The notes below the pieces were generated by a model. That model was not told the origin of the DNA, made no database searches, and saw only the letters and a program-made list of their open reading frames with translations. DNA of 61,338 nucleotides, the filler included. It is 4 parts of 4 records of this genome, joined end to end, with 100 filler letters (N's around TTAATTAATTAA, not from the genome) between each part and the next. Parts side by side here need not be neighbours in the genome. Positions count along the whole stretch, not along the records: positions 16,828 to 35,200 come from SRR20825010_5704; 3 more parts are not named here. The stretch is one strand, 5' to 3'. Positions 19,337 to 29,452 of this stretch are shown here, piece after piece. Position 1 is the stretch's first letter, and each line of letters opens with the position of its first letter. Both the position numbers and the translations under genes were made by a program.

Positions 19337-19366
19337 AAAAGGGCTGGCAGTTGGGGCTACCAACCC
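19337..19366 (-). terminator. Intrinsic terminator
   Basis: Minus strand GGGTTGGTAG-ccccaa-CTGCCAGCCC-TTTT. Confidence 0.6.
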
Positions 19367-19387
19367 AGATGAAGCGAAACTGAAATT

Positions 19388-19960
19388 TTAATAAGTGGGA
19401 TATGAATCTATCTCATGTACATTGAGCAGATGCACATATTTGTCGATGGTGAGCATACGCTTGCTAATGTGTTTCAAATATTTTTGAAGATCGGATTCGA
19501 TTAGCAACACCTGACCGTCGTAGGAATACATTCCTGAATTGCCTTTCAAGTCTGATTTCTCCTGTTCCAGATCACGATGCATACCGCAACTGTTTTTTAA
19601 ATGCTCGATAAATGCTTTTGAGCTGTATTTTTCCTCAAACTGTTGAAGATCGTGTAGCGTGCTTCTGAATTCATGATGACTCAAACCAGTCTCCTTGGTT
19701 GGATCCATGAGGGCCTGAAGCACCATGGAATCGTAATGATGAATGAGCCCAAGGGTGAGTATCGTTTCGCTGCGGTATGCAGGGTCTTTACAAAAGCGGG
19801 TGAGTCCTTTGTAGGATTGAAGTTCCTCAGCCTTTTCAAGCCACTGAAGTGTGAGGCGATCGTACCGCTCGCCAATATCAGGCAATTCAGATGGCATATC
19901 CATTTGAGCCTTTGCGATCAGGGTTAAGCTGAGCAGGATTAATACAAGTAAATTTTTCAT
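19388..19960 (-). CDS. Secreted helical hypothetical protein
   Basis: 190 aa, signal peptide ending AKA-Q, two Cys. Confidence 0.7.
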   Translation of the reverse strand: MKNLLVLILLSLTLIAKAQMDMPSELPDIGERYDRLTLQWLEKAEELQSYKGLTRFCKDPAYRSETILTLGLIHHYDSMVLQALMDPTKETGLSHHEFRSTLHDLQQFEEKYSSKAFIEHLKNSCGMHRDLEQEKSDLKGNSGMYSYDGQVLLIESDLQKYLKHISKRMLTIDKYVHLLNVHEIDSYPTY

Positions 19961-20153
19961 TTGACCGGGAGTTAATGAAGTCTTATAGACACTATTTTTC
20001 GATGTAAAATTAGAATATGGTTGGACGGGCAGGTCTCTAAGAAAAACGTGATTTATATCTCAATATTAACCCAGAGCGGAAAATCAGTATAAATACAGAT
20101 CGTGTTTAGTGGAGTGATGTAAAAAAAAAATGGATCAAACGAAACAATATGTA

Positions 20154-20180
20154 TGTATATACAGTTAATGTATAAACATT
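20154..20180. promoter_or_regulatory. Tandem palindromic operator-like boxes upstream of the YceI gene
   Basis: TGTATATACA (20154-20163) and aaTGTATAAACAtt (20167-20180). Confidence 0.5.
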
Positions 20181-20206
20181 TAAAATATTAATAAGAAACT
20201 AAAATT

Positions 20207-20743
20207 ATGGAAACACTTACAGCAACTAAATGGGCGATTGACCCGACACACAGTGAAGTTCAGTTCAAAGTAAAACACCTTGTTATCTCCACGGTGACCG
20301 GTACTTTCAAAATTTTTGAAGGTGCGTTGGAAACAGATTCCGATGATTTTGATGGAGCGAAAGCCACTTTCAGCTTGAACTCGGCAAGTATAGATACCAA
20401 TGTAGCAGATAGAGATGGGCACCTGAAAAGTGAAGACTTTTTTTCAGCAGAAAAACACCCAACGATCAACTTTGAGGGTACATTAAATAAAGTTTCCGGG
20501 GACAAGTATAAATTGGTTGGGCCACTAACAATCAAAGAAACTTCCAAGGAGGTAGAATTGAGTGTAGAGCTTGGCGGAACAATGGTTGATGGATACGGGC
20601 AAACCAAAGCCGGTTTTGAGATAAATGGAGTGATCAACAGAAAGGAATTTGGTCTAACCTGGAGTATGGTTACTGAAGCTGGCGGTATTGTTGTAGGAGA
20701 CGATGTGAAGCTTCATTTGAATATACAATTGATTAAGTCCTAA
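20207..20743 (+). CDS. YceI family polyisoprenoid-binding protein
   Basis: WAIDPTHSEVQFKVKHL, SIDT..DRDGHLKSEDFF, INRKEFGLTW. Confidence 0.93.
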   Translation: METLTATKWAIDPTHSEVQFKVKHLVISTVTGTFKIFEGALETDSDDFDGAKATFSLNSASIDTNVADRDGHLKSEDFFSAEKHPTINFEGTLNKVSGDKYKLVGPLTIKETSKEVELSVELGGTMVDGYGQTKAGFEINGVINRKEFGLTWSMVTEAGGIVVGDDVKLHLNIQLIKS

Positions 20744-20770
20744 GACTTTTCGTGTAAATCGGCTAGTCAG

Positions 20771-20799
20771 CACCTGTGGGAAACTACAGGTGTTTTTTT
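20771..20799 (+). terminator. Intrinsic terminator
   Basis: CACCTGTGG-gaaa-CTACAGGTG-TTTTTTT. Confidence 0.85.
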
Positions 20800-21061
20800 G
20801 TTTATACAGTTTTGCTTCTTATTGTCTTCCGGTAGATGATATTTGTGATAACAAATTATAAACACCATTTATTTAACCAAGCTTGTCCCTCCTATTTCTG
20901 GGGATTTAGGAAATTTATAACGACAAAAAGGCCCATTTTGACAAGAACAGAATTCACTTCATCTAAATTTTTCGTTGGATTAACGGTTCCGTAAATTTTC
21001 TCCATTGTTTATTTGAAACTTCCAGCTAACTTGCTTAAAATATGGCTGTTATAGCTTAAAG

Positions 21062-24000
21062 ATGAAATCCCTTTTTATCGGGTTACTTGGCCTAGGGATA
21101 GGCCTGTTGACCACTCTTGAGTCTGCTGCTCAAACCACAACCCAAACTTTCAATAGTAATGGAACTTTCACTGTGCCCGCCGGGGTAACGGTTATCACTG
21201 TGGAAGCCTGGGGTGCAGGCGGAGCAGGTGGTGGAAATGCAAATAACCAAGATGGAGGAGGCGGAGGAGGCGGAGGAGGTTATAGTCGATCCGTTCTTAC
21301 TGGGGTGTCAGGATCCTATGCCGTGGTTCGTGGCACTGGAGGGACGGGAAGTTTGCTAGCTGGTACTTCGGGAACTGCATCAACGTTCGGTACCACCTTG
21401 GTGACAGCCGCTGGGGGAACTGGTGGAAACGCTCAGTCTGGTACTAGTCCTGGAACCGGTGGACAGGGAGGCCAAGCCAGCGCGGGAACTGGAGATGTTA
21501 AGTATTCTGGTGGAAGTGGTGGTGACGGAAGAAACAACAATACAGGCCGAGGTGGTGGTGGTGGATCATCAGCCGGGTCCGCTTCAGATGGCTCAAATGG
21601 CTCGTCGGGTAATAGTAATCCGCCATCGGGAGGCACTGCACCTACCGACGGTGGAAATGGAGGTGCCGGTGGCACTGGGACGAGCAACGGAACTGCAGGT
21701 ACAACACCTGGTGGAGGCGGTGGAGGTTCTGCTGAAACAGCCTCAGGAGGTGGTGGTGCCAATGGACGTGTGGTTGTTAGCTACACTTTACCTGATGTTT
21801 CGAATTTTAATGTAGCGCTAGTTAATGGTTGTACCGGAAGTGGTGTATCGTTCTCGGTCACTTCATCGAGTTTGACGAGCGATACCTATACCATAACGTA
21901 TAATATCACGGGAACTGCCAACTCGGTTTCATCCACGACCAGCGCAATGGTTTTTTCCGGCGGTACAGGAACATTCACGGTAGCTAACTTAGCTACGGCG
22001 GAAAATGATGTTCTTAATGTTACCCGAATTACCAGTAGTTCAGGCAATTATCGAACCTTAACCAGTACAACAAACTTTACCCTTGTTGATTGCCAGGTGT
22101 GGTATTCTTACGAAAGTGGGAATTTTAATAATCCCGATGTATGGACGCTGGATCCTTCTGGAACAACGTACGACAATGGATTGCTACAAACCCCTCAGAA
22201 CGGAGAAGAAATAGTGATACTAAATGGCTTCACTGTCACGACGAATTTTTCAACTCGAAATTTGGTTTCCACTACTATTGAAGCGGGTGGAATTCTGGAT
22301 ATGTTAACGGCAACTGGCTGGGATTTGGGAACAATAACAGGAGGTGGGTTATTGAGAGTTAAGGGTACCAATTTACCTTCAGGAACATTTACCGATTTTG
22401 TATCCACTTTAGGTGGAACCATAGAATATTATGATATAGGTGGAGACCTTCCAGTGGGGCAAGCAGAATACAATAACCTCAGAGTGACCAACAGTTTGGG
22501 AAGTATAACCTATGTATTGATCAGTAACCTGACCGTTCATGGCACTTTCGAAATAGCAACAGACGCTGATTCGGGTACTACTACTTGGCAAATCAATGAT
22601 AATTCGAACACCCAGCGTTCTATAACGCTGAATGGGGATTTAGCTGTTGCTAGCGGTGGGCGTATAACCGTGGGAACCGGTAATGAAAGTAGCTCAACCC
22701 AACATGCATTAAGCATGCATGGAAATATAACTAACAATGGAATTATTAAATTCTACGACCCAACGGATTCAGAATTGATTGAAGCAGATTATGGAAAAAC
22801 ATATAGTCCTGCCGGAATTGACCTCCATCGAAATGAGTTGCAGGGTAACGCAGTGACCGTAACTTTCATGGGAACAACGAACAAAACAATAAGCTGCAAT
22901 AACACAACTGATTTTTACCGATTTGTAGTGAATAAGGGGACTGGCCAGCAGGCCATCCTTACAGTAAATTCAACAGGTACTGCTAACTTCCGGTTATTTG
23001 GACCTGCCGACCTTGGATCCAATAGTGGATCGACCAACAATGAGTATTCGGACAATGCACTATCACTCATCAATGGTACTCTGGAATTGACTGGGTCAAT
23101 AAATATTCCAGTTGTGTCGGTAAGAAGCAGTGATGCTGTAAACTTTTTTTCAATCCCACAAGAAAGCTCACTTTGGCTAAATAGCCCCAATGTTACGGTA
23201 AACCTGGCCGACAATGACCCCAGTAATGATGATCAGCGGTTAATGTTAAATGGTACTTTGCGGGTATCGAGCGGTACACTTAATGGTGGGGATTCAAAAG
23301 GGATTGGTTCTCAAGATGGAGGAGCCTTTATTTTGGATGGGGGGACAATCAACTGTTGGATGTTCAGACCAAGGGCTGTAGGGCCTGGTGTATTCTCATT
23401 TCAACAAACTGGTGGAACTTTCAATATTGGCTATGGCTTTCCTTTAGGAGGCGGGGTTGATTATTCAGGGTATTATCGATTTGACTTACCTAGCCCAAAC
23501 AGTACATTTATAATGTCTGGTGGGACGCTGAATATTGCCAAGCCAAGTGCTAATGGATTATTTCGCGTATTATCAACGGCCGGAAACTACACTGTGACAG
23601 GAGGTACTGTCAATCTTAATACAGGAGTTACTGCAGGAACCACATCCTATGCAGGATTGGTCAATTTGACTGTACCGGTTTACAATCTTAATATATACGA
23701 GGAGAGTGCAACCTCTACATCGGCTGAATTGATATCGAACAATTTGAACGTATTGAACAATCTTAGCGTCAATACCGGTAATAATCCCAATTTTATTCTC
23801 AACAGCCTCAATCTTACAGTTGGAGGAAATTTCACGCTCAATTCTGGAACTACCTTTACTCCAGGTACTGGTGTCATCACGTTCGATGGTTCAGGAGCTC
23901 AGACTTGGACTCACAATGGTTCGATAACGAGCCTGGCCAGTGTCGTAGTGGCTAAAGCGAGCGGTACGCTCACCTTAGCCGGTAGCGGTACTTTCCCTGA

Positions 24001-27000
24001 TATCACCGCAGCATTGACGTTAACATCTGGCACACTAGCTGATGGCGGTAAAACAATCTCAGTTACCGGAACGGGAATCTTAACAAATAGTGCTACTCAT
24101 TCCGGCACGGGACTCATTAACTATGCAAGCACAACTGCGGCTATCGAGGGTAGTGACGGGACTTTTGGAAACCTTACTATTGCAACAAATGCCACCATAG
24201 CAACTGTGGGTAAACAAACAATTACTGGAAACCTTAGATTAACCAATACCAATTCGACGCTTAATATTGGGTCGAATGAACTTGTGGTAAATGGGAATAT
24301 TTATAGTGACGGTACTACAGGAGTGGCTTTTACTGCTACTAAAAGAATTAGGATTAGTGGATTACATAATGCCGGAGGTTTAACCAGAAAAGGAGCTTCT
24401 GGTGATTTATTGTTTCCAGTTGGAGTTCAAACTACAACCCCAACCGATTTATATACACCAGCGACCATCAATGTGACTGCAGCTGCACATGGGTCAATAA
24501 CCGTGCGGCCGGTGAACAGCGCTCACCCTGTGGTTACCACGGCAAGTCAAAGTGTTCAATATTATTGGAGGGTGACGAGTACGGGCTATACGGGCATTAC
24601 AGCCGTTACCCACAAAAGCTATAATTTCAGCACAGCTACAAAAAGTGGTACATTGACGACTTACCGACCGGCGAGATATGATGTCAATTCATTTTCATGG
24701 GCAACAAGAAACACAACCTACAATGCTACCGCTACAAACATAATTCCGGATTTTAATACTGGAACTAGTTGGACAGGGGTGAGTGGGGATCAGTTAGACG
24801 GGGAATATACTGTGGGCAATGTTGCTGCTTTCGGCACGGTAAAGGTCTTTTACAGTCGCCAGACTGGTAACTGGAATGAAAGCACAACCTGGAGTAATGC
24901 TTCTCACACGGGAGCAGCTGTGTCGCCATCAGGAAATACAATAGCCGGAACACATTTCCCAGGAGTAAACAATCCGGTTGCGATTGGTGACGGTATATCT
25001 AACAATCATGCGGTAGCCACAGTGGCAAATAGTTCATGCGGTACCCTGGCTATAAATGCGGGCTCTTCTCTCGATTGCAGCACCTTTACAGGTCATAATT
25101 TTGGAACAAGCACAGGAGGTTCAGTATCTGGACGTGGTACCCTACGCATAAATTCGAGTGTTTTCCCAGCAGGTGATTTTACTGATTTTCTTGGTTCAAA
25201 TGGCGGTACGGTAGAATGGTATGGTACCGCAAAAACGATCCCATTAACAGGGGCAGCACCCCAATTATTGAGTTTGAATAAATATTATAATCTGGTAATT
25301 AACCCATCGGCATCCAATACCATTACCTTGCCAGCATCAAACCTCACCATCTACAATTCACTGGTACAGGGCAATGCTGCAGGGTACACCGGAACTGCAT
25401 TGACGAATGGATCAAGAACAATAAGCATCGCAGGGGATTTAACTATTTCACGAGGCACGTTTAATTTTTCAAATTCCAATCTGTCCGTTACCACACTGAC
25501 TGTAACAGGCAATACAACAGTTTCCAGTGGTGCAACAATGGCAGCTGTAGGTGGTGGAACGGCTAATGTAAATACCCTATCGACTACAGGCGGAATTATA
25601 AATAATGGTAGTATAAACTTTAATAATAATCAACAGTTAAACCTTACCTTCAGCGGTACTAACAATGTGAGTTTTTCAGGTAGTGGAACTACCACATTGA
25701 GTCTGGTGACCGTAAACAAAGGCACGAGTACCGCACCATCCGTAACATTTAACACAATTGGTGCTTTAAACACCACCGCAGTAGCTGGTGGATGGCTGAC
25801 GATAACCAATGGTACATTTGACTGGGCAACAAATAACACCACTAGTCTGAGTACCAATGCCTATACCATCAACCCTACTGCTAAGCTAAAAGTTAGTGCT
25901 GGAACCCTAAATACTACGAGCGGTGATAATGATGGATTTGATTTATTTTTAAATGGTACTTTAGAAGTGGCCGGAGGCACAGTGAATGTCGGAAATACCA
26001 CCGTTAATACAAACAACGTTGATATTGAGTATGGTTCAGCAGGAGTACCTGCTATCAATATTTCTTCAGGAACAATGTGGGTGAAAGGATCTATTCGAAG
26101 ATCCGCATCTACCATTACCGGAGCGCTATCTTATACCCAAACATCCGGAACAGTGACGGTTGCTGGTATAAGTTCGTCAGATGTTAGTGATCGGGGTGTT
26201 TTTGAAATGGATGCCAATAACGGCAGCAACTTCACCTTTACAGGAAGTAGTGTTTTAAACGTCCAGAGGCAAACCGGGGGAACCAGTTTTGCGGATGTCT
26301 ATATAAATCCAAAAACAAGTAATGTCTCGTCAACCAGTACCCTGATGGTAGGTCTTAGTTCTGTGGTAAACAACAATTTGCGAATTAACATTTCCCCGTC
26401 AGTCGGAAATTTGACTATAGCCGGAACGAGTGCACAAACCGTTAATATGTTTTCCAATTCGTTGATTGTAGGGGGAAACCTGACCATACCTTCCGGTTCT
26501 ACACTGAACACGAATTCTTTAAATGTAACCTTATCAGGAAATCTTGTATGCCCGGGAACGTATACAGGAGGAACAAATAACACCACATTTAATGGAACCG
26601 GAGCACAAAGCGGTCAATTATCGGCCTCCAGCACGTTCAACGATGTAACCATAGCAAAAACAGCTGGAACTACCTTAACCCTTTCCGGAACGTCACCAAT
26701 ATTGCAAAACCTCTATCTCAATTCCGGTATTCTGGACGTAGGCTCTCTCGCACTGGATATCAGGAAAAATATAACCAACAGTAGCGCACAGATTGGGTCT
26801 GGTTCAATTTTGATTTATTCAACGACAGGGGTAAGTAACACCATAACAGCCAGTGGAGGATCATTTACCAACCTTACCTTAGGAGGGGATGCTTCTGGTA
26901 AATCGGTAACGGTAGACGGGAACTTGACTATAAACGGAGTACTGGCCTTTAGCGCAGCGAATAGATACCTTATGATCAAATCCAACCGGCTTACATTTGG

Positions 27001-29434
27001 CACCAATGCAACGATAACCGGGGCTGGATCAACAGCTTTTATAAGAACCAATGGTGTTACCAGTGATTTGGGAGTCACCAAAAATTGGACAACAGGAGTA
27101 AACAAAAGCTTCACCTACCACATTGGGTCTTCTACAAATTATACTCCTGCGGCCTATACATTCACAAATGTAACGACCGCTGGATCCCTCAATGTAATAC
27201 CTGTCAATAGTGTTCATTTAACCTATGACCAGAACAGTACACAACGTGTATTGAGATACAATTGGATTGTTACCAGAGACGCCAGCCTTGCGTTCGCTAT
27301 CTTGGGGAGCCACACCTATGCCTATCCATCTTCGTTAATTTCAGGAACTGGTGGAACCTTGGTTGCAGGATTCTTGAATCCGGAAGGCAGTCCTTTGGGT
27401 TGGCAAACATCGGCACATGGTGGTTCAGCAACAACAACTTTGATGACGTACTCCAACCTGCTGACTACTAACCTGCCTGCAGCTGGTAAAACATTCGATT
27501 ACTCCGTGGGCACGACTGGCACACTACCTAATCCGATAGCACCACTTTATAGTAGATTGGCTGTGGCCAATGTGGCCAACTTAGCTGTTGGTGGCAGCTG
27601 GTCAACTGCAGCTAACTGGACTACCGATCCAACCGGATATGGTGCGGCGAGTGCCATTGTTCCAACAGGCGTACCAGCGGTAATTTTGTCCGGAGCTCGA
27701 ATCAACACCATTTCGCGTGGAAGAAAGGCATACACAACAAAGATTGACGGGCTTCTGAACATTGGAACGATAGCCGGTCACAATTTGGGTTTAATTAGTG
27801 GAACAGGGACAATGAGAATTGCCACCAACACCTTTCCAGCTGGCGATTACACAGCATTCGTGGAACAAGATGGGGGCACCATTGAATATGCCGGAACAAT
27901 GACAATGAACAATAGAAGCACCTACAATAATCTTACGATATTGGCTGGTTCTGCAGCTATTGTGACGATGACTGCTACAGATCTTACAATCAATGGAAAT
28001 GTGAACATTCCGGAAGGAACTACCCTTAGAAACAGCACCAACAATGCCGATATGGTGATAACCGGAAATTTGAATAACAGTGGCACTTTCAATGCAGGCA
28101 ATGGCCAAATCTCTATAAAGGGAAACTGGAACAATAGTGGAACAGTTACATCTGGAACTGGTGCTGCGAAGGTAACTTTTAATGGCACTGGCGCTCAGAA
28201 TGTAACAGGAACAAACGCGTTTAATAGTTTGACCATTAACAATGGAAACACTGTAACATTGGGAGGCACCACAACTTTAACGGGTGTTTTAACACTGACC
28301 TCAGGAAAAATAATTTCCAATAACTACGGTACTACACCGTATCTTCAATTGAGTGCGTCTTCTACTTTATCAGGGGGCTCAGCATCTAGTTTCGTCTCTG
28401 GACAAATCAGGAAAACGATGAATAGCGCTTCCACATTCACCTTTCCTACAGGTAGCAATTCAGCGTCGCGATATCGTCCGGTTATTATCACCGCCACTTC
28501 GGCAACTGATTTCTGGGATGTTTCTTATATTCCAAGTAATCCCACAGCCGATATGTACAATATAGCTTCATTTAATACGGCGAATATGAAGGTCGTGAGT
28601 CAGTTCGAATATTGGCAAATAGCCAATGGAACCGGTACAACAACAGCAGGACTTACACTTAGCTTCGGGTCTGGAAGTTACGGAGGGTCTGACTTGGGCG
28701 TTTTATCAACAACCAAAATAGCTCGGTGGAATGGATCACAGTGGGATCTTCCACCAGGAGGAGGTACTTTCAGTCATACGGGCGACAATACCGCTGGAAC
28801 AGTTTCCCTTTCTTTTCAGAATGCTTTTAGCCCTCATACCATCGCAGGAGAGGAGACAAATTCATCGTTACCAGTTACCTGGCTCTCTTTTACAGGAAAC
28901 CGGGTTGCTGAAAGTGTGCAACTGGAATGGAAAACAGCCACAGAAATAAACAATGACTACTTTATCGTGGAGCGATCCATTGATGGGGCTGGTTTTGAGA
29001 TTATTGGAACAAGAAAAGGGGCTGGAAATTCAACAGAAGTAATTACATATAATTATCAGGATGTAGAGGCTCGTATTGATGTCTTGTACTATTATCGAAT
29101 TACTCAAGTGGATTTTGACGGGCAATTTGAGGCGAGTAAAATAGTCGTGGTGTTACCGGGCAAATCGCCTTTGTCGCGATGGCAGGTTGCCCCGAATCCG
29201 GTTTCGCAAGGCACAGCCTTGCGTCTTACCCATTCAGGGTCATCTGCAGGTTCTGGGGTTCAATATTTGAAATTGGTTACGCTGACGGGTGTTGTTGTTT
29301 TGGATACCAGTGGAAACTTATCGGAATTGAATCAAACGCTTAACAAATATCTGGACCAATGCGTCGTGGGAGTACTATTAATGCAGGTGAGTGATGGAGC
29401 AAATACCGAAATTTTTAGAATCATCAAAAATTGA
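21062..29434 (+). CDS. 2790-aa secreted surface protein with Gly-rich N-domain, repeated beta-solenoid modules and T9SS-type C-terminal sorting region
   Basis: Signal peptide; GTFTVPAGVT..VEAWGAGGAGG; G/T/S/N-rich body; LPVTWLSF..W.TATEINNDYF.VERS.DG..YYRITQVDFDG; VAPNP..FRIIKN. Confidence 0.85.
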   Translation: MKSLFIGLLGLGIGLLTTLESAAQTTTQTFNSNGTFTVPAGVTVITVEAWGAGGAGGGNANNQDGGGGGGGGGYSRSVLTGVSGSYAVVRGTGGTGSLLAGTSGTASTFGTTLVTAAGGTGGNAQSGTSPGTGGQGGQASAGTGDVKYSGGSGGDGRNNNTGRGGGGGSSAGSASDGSNGSSGNSNPPSGGTAPTDGGNGGAGGTGTSNGTAGTTPGGGGGGSAETASGGGGANGRVVVSYTLPDVSNFNVALVNGCTGSGVSFSVTSSSLTSDTYTITYNITGTANSVSSTTSAMVFSGGTGTFTVANLATAENDVLNVTRITSSSGNYRTLTSTTNFTLVDCQVWYSYESGNFNNPDVWTLDPSGTTYDNGLLQTPQNGEEIVILNGFTVTTNFSTRNLVSTTIEAGGILDMLTATGWDLGTITGGGLLRVKGTNLPSGTFTDFVSTLGGTIEYYDIGGDLPVGQAEYNNLRVTNSLGSITYVLISNLTVHGTFEIATDADSGTTTWQINDNSNTQRSITLNGDLAVASGGRITVGTGNESSSTQHALSMHGNITNNGIIKFYDPTDSELIEADYGKTYSPAGIDLHRNELQGNAVTVTFMGTTNKTISCNNTTDFYRFVVNKGTGQQAILTVNSTGTANFRLFGPADLGSNSGSTNNEYSDNALSLINGTLELTGSINIPVVSVRSSDAVNFFSIPQESSLWLNSPNVTVNLADNDPSNDDQRLMLNGTLRVSSGTLNGGDSKGIGSQDGGAFILDGGTINCWMFRPRAVGPGVFSFQQTGGTFNIGYGFPLGGGVDYSGYYRFDLPSPNSTFIMSGGTLNIAKPSANGLFRVLSTAGNYTVTGGTVNLNTGVTAGTTSYAGLVNLTVPVYNLNIYEESATSTSAELISNNLNVLNNLSVNTGNNPNFILNSLNLTVGGNFTLNSGTTFTPGTGVITFDGSGAQTWTHNGSITSLASVVVAKASGTLTLAGSGTFPDITAALTLTSGTLADGGKTISVTGTGILTNSATHSGTGLINYASTTAAIEGSDGTFGNLTIATNATIATVGKQTITGNLRLTNTNSTLNIGSNELVVNGNIYSDGTTGVAFTATKRIRISGLHNAGGLTRKGASGDLLFPVGVQTTTPTDLYTPATINVTAAAHGSITVRPVNSAHPVVTTASQSVQYYWRVTSTGYTGITAVTHKSYNFSTATKSGTLTTYRPARYDVNSFSWATRNTTYNATATNIIPDFNTGTSWTGVSGDQLDGEYTVGNVAAFGTVKVFYSRQTGNWNESTTWSNASHTGAAVSPSGNTIAGTHFPGVNNPVAIGDGISNNHAVATVANSSCGTLAINAGSSLDCSTFTGHNFGTSTGGSVSGRGTLRINSSVFPAGDFTDFLGSNGGTVEWYGTAKTIPLTGAAPQLLSLNKYYNLVINPSASNTITLPASNLTIYNSLVQGNAAGYTGTALTNGSRTISIAGDLTISRGTFNFSNSNLSVTTLTVTGNTTVSSGATMAAVGGGTANVNTLSTTGGIINNGSINFNNNQQLNLTFSGTNNVSFSGSGTTTLSLVTVNKGTSTAPSVTFNTIGALNTTAVAGGWLTITNGTFDWATNNTTSLSTNAYTINPTAKLKVSAGTLNTTSGDNDGFDLFLNGTLEVAGGTVNVGNTTVNTNNVDIEYGSAGVPAINISSGTMWVKGSIRRSASTITGALSYTQTSGTVTVAGISSSDVSDRGVFEMDANNGSNFTFTGSSVLNVQRQTGGTSFADVYINPKTSNVSSTSTLMVGLSSVVNNNLRINISPSVGNLTIAGTSAQTVNMFSNSLIVGGNLTIPSGSTLNTNSLNVTLSGNLVCPGTYTGGTNNTTFNGTGAQSGQLSASSTFNDVTIAKTAGTTLTLSGTSPILQNLYLNSGILDVGSLALDIRKNITNSSAQIGSGSILIYSTTGVSNTITASGGSFTNLTLGGDASGKSVTVDGNLTINGVLAFSAANRYLMIKSNRLTFGTNATITGAGSTAFIRTNGVTSDLGVTKNWTTGVNKSFTYHIGSSTNYTPAAYTFTNVTTAGSLNVIPVNSVHLTYDQNSTQRVLRYNWIVTRDASLAFAILGSHTYAYPSSLISGTGGTLVAGFLNPEGSPLGWQTSAHGGSATTTLMTYSNLLTTNLPAAGKTFDYSVGTTGTLPNPIAPLYSRLAVANVANLAVGGSWSTAANWTTDPTGYGAASAIVPTGVPAVILSGARINTISRGRKAYTTKIDGLLNIGTIAGHNLGLISGTGTMRIATNTFPAGDYTAFVEQDGGTIEYAGTMTMNNRSTYNNLTILAGSAAIVTMTATDLTINGNVNIPEGTTLRNSTNNADMVITGNLNNSGTFNAGNGQISIKGNWNNSGTVTSGTGAAKVTFNGTGAQNVTGTNAFNSLTINNGNTVTLGGTTTLTGVLTLTSGKIISNNYGTTPYLQLSASSTLSGGSASSFVSGQIRKTMNSASTFTFPTGSNSASRYRPVIITATSATDFWDVSYIPSNPTADMYNIASFNTANMKVVSQFEYWQIANGTGTTTAGLTLSFGSGSYGGSDLGVLSTTKIARWNGSQWDLPPGGGTFSHTGDNTAGTVSLSFQNAFSPHTIAGEETNSSLPVTWLSFTGNRVAESVQLEWKTATEINNDYFIVERSIDGAGFEIIGTRKGAGNSTEVITYNYQDVEARIDVLYYYRITQVDFDGQFEASKIVVVLPGKSPLSRWQVAPNPVSQGTALRLTHSGSSAGSGVQYLKLVTLTGVVVLDTSGNLSELNQTLNKYLDQCVVGVLLMQVSDGANTEIFRIIKN

Positions 29435-29452
29435 TTGTTCGGTGTTCTTTTT

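Noticed and set aside
21423-28949. Many short alternative-frame and antisense ORFs inside the giant gene, including a Pro-rich one at 21433-21762
   Set aside because: Shadow frames of Gly/Thr/Ser-biased codons; no independent signals
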